From Eledone cirrhosa (lineage: Eukaryota), in NCBI GenBank assembly GCA_964016885.1, contig OZ024743.1, positions 86,676,001 to 86,740,000 of the forward strand: 64,000 nucleotides of DNA, read 5' to 3'. The position numbers and the translations under genes are program-made. The stretch's first letter is position 1. Each line of letters begins with the position of its first letter. The notes beneath the pieces are model-generated. The model searched no databases and was not told the origin of the DNA. It saw nothing but the letters and a program-made list of their open reading frames with translations. This document shows, one piece after another, positions 12,301 through 24,889 of this stretch.

Positions 12301-14711
12301 CAACACCAGCAGTAACAACAACAACAACAACAGAAATGCCAACACTAGCAGCAGCAACAACAACAACAACACCAGCAGTAACAACAACAACAGCAACAAC
12401 AACAACAACACCAGCAGCAACAACAACAACAACAACACCAGCAGTAACAACAACAACAACAACAGAAATGCCAACACTAGCAGCAGCAACAACAACAACA
12501 ACACCAGCAGTAACAACAACAACAACAACAGAAATGCCAACACTAACAGCAGCAACAACAACAACAACACCAGCAGTAACAACAACAACAACAACAGAAA
12601 TGCCAACACTAGCAGCAGCAACAACAACAACAACACCAGCAGTAACAACAACAACAACAGAAATGCCAACACTAGCAGCAGCAACAACAACAACAACACC
12701 AGCAGTAACAACAACAACAACAACAGAAATGCCAACACTAGCAGCAGCAACAACAACAACAACACCAGCAGTAACAACAACAACAACAACAGAAATGCCA
12801 ACACTAGCAGCAGCAACAACAACAACAACACCAGCAGTAACAACAACAACAACACCAGCAGTAACAACAACAACAACAGAAATGCCAACACTAGCAGCAG
12901 CAACAACAACAACAACACCAGCAGTAACAACAACAACAACAGAAATGCCAACACTAGCAGCAGCAACAACAACAACAACACCAGCAGTAACAACAACAAC
13001 AACAGAAATGCCAACACTAGCAGCAGCAACAACAACAACAACACCAGCAGTAACAACAACAACAACAACAGAAATGCCAACACTAGCAGCAGCAACAACA
13101 ACAACAACACCAGCAGTAACAACAACAACAACAACAGAAATGCCAACACTAACAGCAGCAACAACAACAACAACACCAGCAGTAACAACAACAACAACAA
13201 CAGAAATGCCAACACTAGCAGCAGCAACAACAACAACAACACCAGCAGTAACAACAACAACAACAACAGAAATGCCAACACTAGCAGCAGCAACAACAAC
13301 AACAACACCAGCAGTAACAACAACAACAACAACAGAAATGCCAACACTAGCAGCAGCAACAACAACAACAACACCAGCAGTAACAACAACAACAACAACA
13401 GAAATGCCAACACTAGCAGCAGCAACAACAACAACAACACCAGCAGTAACAACAACAACAACAACAGAAATGCCAACACTAACAGCAGCAACAACAACAA
13501 CAACACCAGCAGTAACAACAACAACAACAACAGAAATGCCAACACTAACAGCAGCAACAACAACAACAACACCAGTAGTAACAACAACAACAACAACAGA
13601 AATGCCAACACTAACAGCAGCAGCAACAACAACAACAACAACAACAGTAACAACAACAACAACAGCAACAGAAATGCCAACACTAACAGCAGCAACAACA
13701 ACAACAACACCAGCAGTAACAACAACAACAACAGAAATGCCAACACTAGCAGCAGCAACAACAACAACAACACCAGCAGTAACAACAACAACAACAGAAA
13801 TGCCAACACTAGCAGCAGCAACAACAACAACAACACCAGCAGTAACAACAACAACAACAGAAATGCCAACACTAGCAGCAGCAACAACAACAACAACACC
13901 AGCAGTAACAACAACAACAACAACAGAAATGCCAACACTAGCAGCAGCAACAACAACAACAACACCAGCAGTAACAACAACAACAACAACAGAAATGCCA
14001 ACACTAACAGCAGCAACAACAACAACAACACCAGCAGTAACAACAACAACAACAACAGAAATGCCAACACTAGCAGCAGCAACAACAACAACAACACCAG
14101 CAGTAACAACAACAACAACAACAGAAATGCCAACACTAGCAGCAGCAACAACAACAACAACACCAGCAGTAACAACAACAACAACAACAGAAATGCCAAC
14201 ACTAGCAGCAGCAACAACAACAACAACACCAGCAGTAACAACAACAACAACAACAGAAATGCCAACACTAGCAGCAGCAACAACAACAACAACACCAGCA
14301 GTAACAACAACAACAACAACAGAAATGCCAACACTAACAGCAGCAACAACAACAACAACACCAGCAGTAACAACAACAACAACAACAGAAATGCCAACAC
14401 TAACAGCAGCAACAACAACAACAACACCAGTAGTAACAACAACAACAACAACAGAAATGCCAACACTAACAGCAGCAGCAACAACAACAACAACAACAAC
14501 AGTAACAACAACAACAACAGCAACAGAAATGCCAACACTAACAGCAGCAACAACAACAACAACACCAGCAGTAACAACAACAACAACAACAACAGAAATG
14601 CCAACACTAGCAGCAGCAACAACAACAACAACACCAGCAGTAACAACAACAACAGCAACAGAAATGTCAACACTAGCAGCAGCAACAACAACAACAACAG
14701 CAACAACACAA
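6318..14711. repeat. 8.4-kb AAC-derived minisatellite (63/66-bp unit)
   Basis: Degenerate (AAC/AAT/AGC)n to about 6775, then roughly 120 units of AGAAATGCCAACACTAGCAGCAGC(AAC)nACCAGCAGT(AAC)n. Confidence 0.97.
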
Positions 14712-14819
14712 TGCATTACTACCTCTATAAAGCTGGTGACACTATAAAATGCACCCAGTACACTTTGTTTCTATGGTTGGCATTATCATCCAACCATAGG
14801 AATGTGTCTAAAGGGTAGC

Positions 14820-14876
14820 CAGGACTATTCAGTGTGTGTATGACTGACTATTCAATGTAAGTGTGACTATTCAGTT

Positions 14877-14931
<55 letters not shown>

Positions 14932-15250
14932 CTTCAGTGTGTGTATGACGGACTATTCAGTGTGTGTGTGAAACTATACAGTGTGTATATGACTATTCAG
15001 TGTATGTGTATGTGTGTGTGTGACTATTCAGTGTGTGTGTGTGACTATTCAGTGTATGTGTATGTGACTATTCAAAGTGTGAGTGACAATTCAGTGTGTG
15101 TATGTGTGAAACTATGCAATGTGTGTATGCGTGTGTGTGTGACTATTCACTGAGTGTGTCTATTTAGTATATGTATGTGTTATTGATGATAGTGTGGTGT
15201 GTTAATATTGTGTGTGTGTGTGTTATTGTTGACTGTGGTGTGTTAATATT
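14820..15250. repeat. (GT)n array with interspersed GACTATTCA motif
   Basis: Pure (GT)n at about 14880-14925 and many GACTATTCAGTGTG units. Confidence 0.85.
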
Positions 15251-15414
15251 CTGTAATGTCAAAGACATGACAAACCTACTGGTGTCATAATAAAATGCCC
15301 TCACTGCACCCTAGAATGTATCTGGGTAAGAACTGGTCCCCTAACCTGTAATGGAAGATAGATAGCTTGCATTAAGTACTGACAATCATCATAATTATCA
15401 TCATCATCATCTAT

Positions 15415-17561
15415 GTGCTTTTTGTCAAGTGACCTACATGACCACTTTAAAGTGTGTGCCAGGTGCTTTTTGTTGTGACATCAACATGACCACTTTACAG
15501 TGTGTGCCGGGTGCTTTTTGTTGTGACACCTATATGACCACTTTACAGTGTGTGCCGAGTGCTTTTTGTTGTGACACCTATATGACCACTTTACAGTGTG
15601 TGCCGAGTGCTTTTTGTTGTGACACCTATATGACCACTTTACAGTGTGTGCCGAGTGCTTTTTGTTGTGACACCTATATGACCACTTTACAGTGTGTGCC
15701 GAGTGCTTTTTGTTGTGACACCTACATGACCACTAAACAGTGTGTGCCGGGTGCTTTTTGTTGTGACACCTACATGACCACTAAACAGTGTGGGCTGGAT
15801 GCTTTTTGTTGTGACACCTACATGACCACTAAACAGTGTGTGCCGGGTGCTTTTTGTTGTGACACCTACATGACCACTAAACAGTGTGGGCTGGATGCTT
15901 TTTGTTGTGACACCTACATGACCACTAAACAGTGTGGGCTGGGTGCTTTTTGTTGTGACACCTATATGACCACTAAACAGTGTGGGCTGGGTGCTTTTTG
16001 TTGTGACACCTACATGACCACTAAACAGTGTGGGCTGGGTGCTTTTTGTTGTGACACCTACATGACCACTAAACAGTGTGGGCTGGGTGCTTTTTGTTGT
16101 GACACCTACATCACCACTAAACAGTGTGGGCTGGGTGCTTTTTGTTGTGACACCTATATGACCACTAAACAGTGTGGGCTGGGTGATTTTTGTTGTGACA
16201 CCTACATGACCACTAAACAGTGTGGGCTGGGTGCTTTTTGTTGTGACACCTATATGACCACTAAACAGTGTGGGCTGGGTGCTTTTTGTTGTGACACCTA
16301 TATGACCACTAAACAGTGTGGGTTGGGTGCTTTTTGTTATGACACCTATATGACCACTAAACAGTGTGGGCTGGGTGCCTTTTGTTGTGACACCTATATG
16401 ACCACTAAACAGTGTGGGCTGGGTGCTTTTTGTTGTGACACCTATATGACAACTAAACAGTGTGAGCTGGGTGCCTTTTGTTGTGACACCTATATGACCA
16501 CTAAACAGTGTGGGCTGGGTGCTTTTTGTTGTGACACCAATATAACCACTAAACAGTGTGGGCTGGGTGCTTTTTGTTGTGACACCTATATGACAACTAA
16601 ACAGTGTGAGCTGGGTGCCTTTTGTTGTGACACCTACATCACCACTAAACAGTGTGGGCTGGGTGCTTTTTGTTGTGACACCTACATGACCACTAAACAG
16701 TGTGGGCTGGGTGCTTTTTGTTGTGACACCTATATGACAACTAAACAGTGTGGGCTGGGTGCCTTTTGTTGTGACACCTATATGACAACTAAACAGTGTG
16801 AGCTGGGTGCCTTTTGTTGTGACACCTATATGACCACTAAACAGTGTGGGCTGGGTGCTTTTTGTTGTGACACCAATATAACCACTAAACAGTGTGGGCT
16901 GGGTGCTTTTTGTTGTGACACCTACATGACCACTAAACAGTGTGGGCTGGGTGCTTTTTGTTGTGACACCTACATGACCACTAAACAGTGTGGGCTGGGT
17001 GCTTTTTGTTGTGACACCTACATCACCACTAAACAGTGTGGGCTGGGTGCTTTTTGTTGTGACACCTACATCACCACTAAACAGTGTGGGCTGGGTGCTT
17101 TTTGTTGTGACACCTACATCACCACTAAACAGTGTGGGCTGGGTGCTTTTTGTTGTGACACCTACATGACCACTAAACAGTGTGGGCTGGGTGCTTTTTG
17201 TTGTGACACCTACATCACCACTAAACAGTGTGGGCTGGGTGCTTTTTGTTGTGACACCTATATGACAACTAAACAGTGTGGGCTGGGTGCTTTTTGTTGT
17301 GACACCTATATGACAACTAAACAGTGTGAGCTGGGTGCCTTTTGTTGTGACACCTATATGACCACTAAACAGTGTAGGCTGGGTGCTTTTTGTTGTGACA
17401 CCAATATAACCACTAAACAGTGTGGGCTGGGTGCTTTTTGTTGTGACACCTACATCACCACTAAACAGTGTGGGCTGGGTGCTTTTTGTTGTGACACCTA
17501 TATGACTCTACAGTGTGGGCTGGGTGCTTTTTGTTATGACACCAATATAACTCTACAGTGT
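15415..17561. repeat. 48-bp minisatellite, about 45 copies
   Basis: Unit GTGCTTTTTGTTGTGACACCTACATGACCACTAAACAGTGTGGGCTGG; it explains the 739-aa Cys-rich ORF (16-aa period). Confidence 0.97.
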
Positions 17562-18009
17562 AAGGGTGGTGTGGACAGAAGTGGGTGGGTGGGTTTTGGG
17601 AAACATTTATCAATCTTTTACTACATATCTCACAATGCTTCATATTAACTACATGAATATATATGTAAATCATCATCATCGTTTAATGTCCATCTTCCAC
17701 ACTGGCATGGGTTAGTCGGTTTTACTTAACCCTATCGTCTTGGCTTTCGAGGGTTGAACATTTTACTCTCAGGCACCCAATTAAGTTAAACCCCTGGTAA
17801 TCTACGACAAATTTTTTTTATAAGCACAAAATGTAGCAACCATCCCCAGGCTGAGGTATTCCATACTTCTCTGTACTGTTTCAGAAAAGAAGGATAAACA
17901 TGCCAATCTATGTTTAGAAGCCCGAGCAACGCCAGGCCATTCTGCTAGTTTATTATAAAAGCAATACAATGGGTTATGTATCATACTCCTTTGAAAGAAA
18001 TATATATAT

Positions 18010-18165
18010 ATAATTGTTTCTACTTTTGGCACAAGGCCAGCAATTACCCAGTGCATTACTGGTACTTTATTTTATCGACCCCATAAGGATGAAAGGCAAA
18101 GTTAACCTCGGCGGGATTTGAACTCAGAATGGCAAGGGCCGTAACTCTATGCGTCAAAGCATAAG
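18010..18165 (-). mobile_element. Nin/Deu-domain SINE
   Basis: Same family sequence as 20214-20404, reverse orientation. Confidence 0.8.
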
Positions 18166-18277
18166 AGTTGTTTACTGACTGTATATATATATATTTTTTG
18201 TTTTCATAACAACACGAAATGAAACAAAAATATTTTTATTTTCCTCTATGAATATATAGAGTTACCAGTATATTCTG

Positions 18278-18328
18278 AGTGTCAAACAGAGTTGTTTCAA
18301 GATTTGTTAATCTTTCATCAGTGACACT
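18278..18328 (-). ncRNA. Minimal type I hammerhead ribozyme
   Basis: Minus strand reads AGTGTCA-CTGATGA-AAGATT-AACA-AATCTT-GAAA-CAACTCTG-TT-TGACACT: 7-bp stem I, 6-bp stem II, NUH = GTT. Confidence 0.8.
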
Positions 18329-18519
18329 TGCTACAGAATTTTGCATGATCATCATTTGCTGCAGATGCTCATTTGCATATAGGAAATAGGAAACATCAGC
18401 TGGAAGTGGTCATTTGCATATAGTGCAAGCTTGGCTGGTTATATTTAATTGGTGGTAGCACTAAGACAGAGTTTAAACATAATAAAGGCGTATATAAAAA
18501 CATATATAAACATGTTATG

Positions 18520-19030
18520 GAATCTTTTTCAGGGCCAGTTGAAGTAAAATAGTTGTGTTGTAATACTATATGACATGAGCTTGAGTTTTGTAGAAGGCTT
18601 AGGGAGCTAGCCTTTGTATTTTAAAATAATACCATTGTCATTTGAAAAATGTTGATAGAATATTTTTTTATATCAAATGATGTAGTGTTCAAGGTGGCAT
18701 TGGAATGAATAGAACTTGAGCTTTTCGAGCTGGTCCCTGTAATCAAGGCCTGTAATGTCATCTATATATTTTTGTTGTAATTGACCTCTGGGGTGCTTCA
18801 ATGTTGATAGTACTTTATTTCATGTGAAGAGACCACAGTGGGCAACAGTATTTAAGGTGAGGCAAGGCAAAGGTTTAGAAGAAAAGGATATTGGTATGAA
18901 TATCCCTGGACTGGAATGTTCTAAAGACCCAGGCAAACATCCTGTGGACGTTGTTGTTTATGTGGTCATTCCAGCTGAGGTTGTTATCAACAGTTAGCTT
19001 TAGTTCTATTTGATGAAACTAGAATTTCTT
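18520..19030 (-). mobile_element. CR1-group LINE remnant (RT C-terminal region)
   Basis: Minus-strand translation DNNLSWNDHIN...WVFRTFQSRD...PHLKYCCPLWS...IEAPQRS...GLDYRDQLEKLKFYS with stops and frameshifts. Confidence 0.7.
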
Positions 19031-19065
19031 TCAACACACTGATGCGTGTATGAGTATATTATTAT

Positions 19066-19252
19066 AGGGGCAGTTGATTGGCAGAATTGGTAGAGGGTCG
19101 GACACCATGCTTTGCAGCATAGAGTTATGGTCTGAGTTCAAATCCAGCTGAGTTTAACTTTGCCTTTCATCCTTATGGGGTCGATAAAATAAAGCACCAG
19201 TAATGTACTGGGCTAATTGCTGGCCTTGTGCTAAAAGTAGAAACAATTATTA
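19066..19252 (+). mobile_element. Nin/Deu-domain SINE
   Basis: TGGCAGAATTGG A-box, GAGTTCAAATCC B-box, GCCTTTCATCCTTATGGGGTCGATAAAAT domain, (ATT) tail. Confidence 0.8.
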
Positions 19253-19669
19253 TAAGCGCATAAACACAGACACACTTATTAAAATATGTCGCTCAATATT
19301 TTACATTCCATTCTTTCTTCTGAATCTAAATTTTTTTCTTTCTTTTTCTATTAAATTTACTAAGATGTAAATAAAACTTTACCTATAATCAATTTTAATA
19401 TATCGATTGTTCATCACACAAGTGTAGCGAATGTTAGACACTGTTTTCTGTAGTTTGTCATCACCCCTTCCTTCCTCAGTCATCTCTATTGTGTGACGGA
19501 AGGACAGGCAGATGAAAATCGTTCAAATTTATATATAGATGTATAGATGATCCGTTCTCCAAAGAGAAGTGAATATGATTATTTTATCTTAAGTGCATCC
19601 TTTCTCCTAAACTGGATTAGCTCACATTTTTGTTTTCCTAGTTATTAAAGTATGTATATATGTATGTCC

Positions 19670-20185
19670 AAGATACACTACTTTGCTAATCTATATTACC
19701 GTCACTCTGGAGCTTAATGGCAACATATCCATGCATGATTTTTTGCTGATGCAGTTTTTCATCCATGGATTCGCTGCGGTGTTGCTGAGCAGTTTTTGAT
19801 TATCATGCAGGGAGTATCTTTCTAGGAGCTCCTTCCCAACTCTCATGACATTATCTGTCTCATGCAACCAGACTTGTTCAATACATGGGCTCCTATGCTA
19901 GGAGGTTGGTAAATGTTGTCGGAGGGATATGATGCGACATTCAAATGCTGTCTGGTCTGATGTTAGCCCTTTGCCTCCCTGCTTACATTTCAAAAGTAGA
20001 GGCGGTCTATGCCACTGTTCATGTGGAAGGGTCCGGTGTTGTTTAGAATTTTTTGAGTTTTAACATAAATTGCTCGGATTATGTCTATCGTTCAATCGAG
20101 TATTCCAAACGTTGGTGTTAGGACACAGCAAACACATTGTGAGCCCTTGTTTTATTGTGTGCAGAGAGTTCCGATGACCATATTA
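19670..20185 (-). mobile_element. R4/Dong-clade non-LTR retrotransposon remnant
   Basis: Minus strand gives WSSELSAHNKTRAHNVFAV..LTPTFGILD...H.NSGIDRLY...GKGL, the R4-type thumb region; disrupted. Confidence 0.65.
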
Positions 20186-20213
20186 TGCATGTATGTATGT
20201 TCTTCTGGTTTCA

Positions 20214-20404
20214 TGGTGGATTGGCAGTATCGGTAGAGGGTCGGACCCCATGCTTTGACGCATAGAGTTACGGCCCTTGCCATTCTGAGTTTAAATCCCG
20301 CCGAGGTTAACTTTGCCTTTCATCCTTATGGGGTCAATATAATAAAGTACCAGTAATACACTGGGTAATTGCTGGCCTTGTGCCAAAAGTAGAAACAATT
20401 ATTT
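20214..20404 (+). mobile_element. Nin/Deu-domain SINE, full length
   Basis: GGTGGATTGGCAGTATCGGTAGAGGGTCGGAC head through TAGAAACAATTATT tail. Confidence 0.85.
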
Positions 20405-21154
20405 TATAAATTTTTATAAAATAGAGAGAGAATCGGTTTCTTTATTGAAATTTAGACGACATCAACAAGGTAGATATGTCTACATGACCTCATACATGCG
20501 CATATGTGTGTAGTTATGGATGTTATTGTATGTGTGGATGTGTATGTTTTGAATTATATGTATGCATGTGCATGTTTTGAAGCTGTACATGTGTACATGC
20601 AATTATTAGATGCAGAACATTTTTGGAATATTTTATATATTTTTACTGTTCCATTAATGGATTGTACTTGTAATTTCCTAACTAGTTGTGTTGTTTCTGG
20701 TTCTATAAAGCCCAGCTTCTCAAGATTTGTATTGAGGCAGTTACTAACATAACCCAGTGCCCCAATAATCATATGTATATCACATGAGTATATTGTGTAT
20801 GTATGAGGGAATTGGTGTGTAAGTGTGTGTGTGTGTGTGTGTGTGTACACGGGTGTCATCATCATCATCATCACCGTTTTACATTCATTCTTCCATGTTA
20901 TTTGTATGAGAGTGTACATGTCTAAAAATTTGTGCATCAGGTGTTTTTATTATCTCTGTTCACTTTACCGGTAGTCTAAGAATAGATACCACTCATACCT
21001 TACATACACATATAGACACACATACACATACACATATATATTTTCTGATTTAATAATGTTATTATTAATAATAATGTTAATTATCATAACTGTAAAAAAA
21101 AGATAACTAACATGTAACAATGAACAGTATCGCGAGGACCATTGGGAAACCTCT

Positions 21155-21345
21155 CTAATGATTTTTGAGGCAAGCCAGCACGCTCGCAGCGTTACCTCGG
21201 GAGATGGCCAGGCTGATGCGTTGGAACAACCAAGCGCCCTTACAAGATTCACCAGTTACCTCTGTTAGGCTAGCCACCAGTGAAGATAGGAATCTTGCTG
21301 TCAGCAGCCTGACTCCCCCGAACGTCTCGAACGCCACAGGCTTTC
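21155..21345 (-). mobile_element. CRE-like retrotransposon, restriction-like endonuclease C-terminus
   Basis: AFETFGG...WLFQRISLAISRGNAASVLA motif. Confidence 0.7.
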
Positions 21346-21416
21346 AACAGATCACAGTATTTCAACATTTTGCTCTGTTCGGCTGCGGAAGCTGTGACTC
21401 TATATATTTGCACTAA

Positions 21417-22200
21417 CACTTTAAAGTGTGGGATGGTTGCATTTTATCGTAGCACTAGTACTACATTACAGAGTGTACTCGATGCATTTCATCATAGAAC
21501 CAGCACTATCACTTTACAGAGTATATTTGGGCAGGGTTTCTATGGCTAGATACCCTTCTGAACACAACCCCTTTACAGAGTGTACTGGGTGTATTTTATT
21601 GTGGCACCAGCACTACCAATTTGCAGTGTATTAGGTGCATGTTATTGTGGAATCATCACTACTACTTTATAGAGTGTACTGGGTGTATTTTATCATGGCA
21701 TCCACAGTTTACAGAGAACCCTGGGTGCATTTTATTGACACCATCACTTTAAATTGTGGGATGGTTGCATTTTATTGTAGCACTAGCGCTACCACATTAC
21801 AGTGTACTCGATACATTTTTTATGGTACCAGCACTATCACTTTACAGAGTGTACAGGATGTATTTTATTTTGGCACCAACACTACCATTTTACAGAGTGT
21901 ACTGGGTGCATTTTATTGTGATACCAGCATAACCATTTTCTAGTGTACTGGGTGCATTTTATTGTGGCACTGACACTACCACTTTACAGTGTACTGGTGC
22001 ACTTTATTGTGGTACCAGAACATACTAGGTACATTTTATCATAGCACCAACACTACCACTTTACAGTGTGTTCTGGGTGCATTTTATCATGGCACCAACA
22101 CTACCACTTTACAGAGTGTTTTGGATGTATTTTATTGTGATATAAGCACTACCACTTTAGAGAGTGTACTGGGTGCATTTTACCATGGTATCAGCACTAG
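21417..22200. repeat. Degenerate 48-bp tandem repeat
   Basis: Unit about CACTTTACAGAGTGTACTGGGTGCATTTTATTGTGGCACCAGCACTAC; related to the arrays at 15415-17561 and 46680-47010. Confidence 0.85.
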
Positions 22201-22253
22201 TGAGGTTGTCATTCCTCTCTATACAATATCTTTTTATAAATAACTGTGCATTA

Positions 22254-22600
22254 TCATCATCATCATCGTTTAACATCTATCTTCCACGCTAGCATAGGTT
22301 TAGACGGGAATTGTCCCACGTGAGGTAAGATTGGTTGTCTTGCTCGTATGGGACTGTCTGGCAGGTTTTCTACGGCTGGATGCCCTTCCTAACACCAATC
22401 ACGTTTACAGTGTGGACTGGGAGGTTTTTACTGTGTTACCTACACGGCTACATTACAGCATGGACTGTGTGTTTTTTTGTCGTGACACCTACACGACCTT
22501 ATTTATTTAGGACTGGATGCTGTGGCACCAACATAACTTTACAGAGAAAGGGGTGGTGTAAATGGGGGCGGGAGTAGGGGTAGTGGGATGGGGGGTTATT
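22254..22600 (-). mobile_element. RTE 3'UTR fragment
   Basis: Reverse complement of about 41915-42239, including the (GAT)n tail. Confidence 0.85.
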
Positions 22601-22764
22601 TTTAATTCAATGTTTCCAAGTTCCATTTATATAATATTGTAATTAATAATTTTTATATTCTTTCACTGGTTTCAATCATTCACCTGTGGAAGAGTGGTAC
22701 ATCTTAATTAATGCCATTGTGGTATTTGTTCTGACTCTTTATATTCAGAGTTCAAATCCCACCA

Positions 22765-23205
22765 AACATCTTGCTTGGGTCTACCCTTGGGTCTCCTGCC
22801 GGTTCGTTTTGCCTGTAAAATCTGTCCAGTGATTCTTTCCTGAGACATTCTAACCACATGGCCATAGTATTGGAGCTGTGGTCTCTCAATTCGGAGAAGT
22901 AGTGGTTCTATCTGATCTTCAAGCTTCAAATCTATCCAGTAATTTTTTCCTGAGATATTCTAACCACATGCCTGTAATATTGGAGCTGTGATCTCTCAAT
23001 TTGGATAAGCAGCGGCTCTACCTTCAGCAATTCTCTGATCTCCGAGCTACGCACTCAGTCAAGTAACGTTACTCCAAACACTCTTCAGAGGAACCCCATT
23101 TCGGTTGCTTGTATTTGCGATCATATTCTTTTGGTAATTGACCACAGGTAAGGGTTGGCAGGAACACCAAATTGAAGATAGCAAGTTTGGCTAAATGTGA
23201 AATTT
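22765..23205 (-). mobile_element. Expander/Rex3-like RTE remnant
   Basis: IEPLLLRIERPQLQYYGHVVRMSQERITGQILQAKRTGRRPKGRP; local duplication of the EPLL...GHVVRMSQE segment. Confidence 0.75.
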
Positions 23206-24059
23206 GCTAGCCTTGTGCTTAAATTTGAAATCAATTATTTAACTGTAGCCATGTTGGAGAATTGCGTCAAAGGGATTTTGTCGATCATATCAACTCAAGT
23301 GGGGTAACAGTATCAAACCATTTGTCCAGCTTACAGGAAAATAGCTATTTTTGAAATTGGTTAATTTTTAACTTGGTCCCAGCATGAATAGCTGTCTTCT
23401 GCCTGCCAATAAATGTTTACAATTTTTTTCCTATTTATTTTGTTGTTTTTAGAAGTTTTTGGTATGGTTTTGTTCAGAAATGGCTGCTCTACAAAATACA
23501 AGCTAAAAAATAGATCATTACACTGGATGTGAGAGAGTGGATAAAAAACATATCGTGTATTGATTTGTACCAGTATTTGTTAAATAAAATTGTTCTTTAC
23601 CTTTCTTTGTTTATTTTTCCATTAGCTGGGAAAACTACATTAAATGATGATGACGATTTAGCCTGCACCCAGAAATTCAAACCATTTCCAGTCCCAAACT
23701 TGCCAGATAAATGGTTCTCTTGCTGTCCTTACTTTTGTCAAACCACTAAGTTACATGACATAAACAGTAAATGTAAACAGACATGGACATACACACATGA
23801 CAAGCTTCTACACAGTTTCCATTTACCAATATTCCCTCAATAGATATTGTTTTTAATCTAAGGTTATAGTAAAAGACATTTACCCAAAGGGCCATGCAGT
23901 GGAATTGAACCCCAAACCACATTAGTTGCAACATAAAACCTCATAACCACATAGCCATGCCTACACCTATGTAATGTATTTATATTTCATTTTATTAAGC
24001 CTTGTAGTTAGCTGTTACTGACCTCCAAGATGGGTTGGGTCTATGTCTCACGTTTTCCT

Positions 24060-24350
24060 ATTTTAGCATGTCTTCCTCAGCAGTCAATCATGTCCCAGTA
24101 TTTGAATATTTCTACTCATAAACTGTTATGGGTAGCAGTGCTTAGGTTATTGGGTCAAATGACAAGGTTAGAGGTGCAGTTAAAGAATGTGTTGCAGCAT
24201 GTAGTGACTCAGATTAGAGATTTACCCCACTCCTCAAACAGGAAAAAGGGTTATCTTTGGTGAGCATTTACCATCACCAAATCTGTCAACCCTCCCAGTC
24301 CAACAGGAAGATTTCCCACCCACTTCTCTTGTGAAAATGGGTATAGCTTT
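24060..24350 (-). mobile_element. CRE-like remnant
   Basis: Nucleotide similarity to 27020-27150 (GACAAGGTT.GAGGTG...CAGCATGT...AGAT.AG.GATTTACCC). Confidence 0.6.
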
Positions 24351-24368
24351 CATTATGTAAAATCTCCT

Positions 24369-24562
24369 GAAAAGGCGGTGGATTGGCAGTATCGGTAGAG
24401 GGTCAGATGCCATGCTTTCCAGCATAGTTACGTCCCTTAACGATCTGAGTTCAAATCCCGTTGAGGTTGACTTTGCCTTTCATCCTTACGGGGTCGATAA
24501 AATAAAGTACCAGTAATGCACTGGGGATTTTGCTGGCCTTGTGCCAAAAGTAGAAAGAATTA
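24369..24562 (+). mobile_element. Nin/Deu-domain SINE with 17-bp target-site duplication
   Basis: ATTATGTAAAATCTCCT at 24352-24368 and 24559-24575. Confidence 0.9.
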
Positions 24563-24889
24563 TGTAAAATCTCCTCATTTTGAGGCGTTTTTTTTTCATG
24601 GTACTCCTCGTTTGAGTTTTTAGAGGTTGGCGGGTCTGCATCACCACATTCGAAGTTGGCAGGTTCCAGTTGTAATGGGAAACTAGTTGTGTCAAGGCTC
24701 CTTCTGGCGACCTTGTTCAAGGTGGTGTGCTACACAATGTTGACTAGAGAGTCAATGTAGACTGAGCTCGTTGACCATGGTTCCAAAATAGCTTTTGTGT
24801 GGCTCCCCTATGCGAAGTTCAAGGCACAAGGCCACTTCAATATGAACACACTCATTTTCTAAACTATATACTTGGAAAATGTTACCTTC

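Noticed and set aside
6236-14716. 2800-aa poly-Val and poly-Leu ORFs on the minus strand
   Set aside because: They are the antisense reading of the AAC array; stop-free only because of its composition.
6378-14747. Antifreeze glycoprotein-like repeat
   Set aside because: AFGP needs strict (Ala-Ala-Thr)n; here there is one AAT per 21-22-aa unit amid Thr runs.
15415-17561. CRISPR-like array
   Set aside because: Units are contiguous with no unique spacers, there are no cas genes, and the context is eukaryotic.
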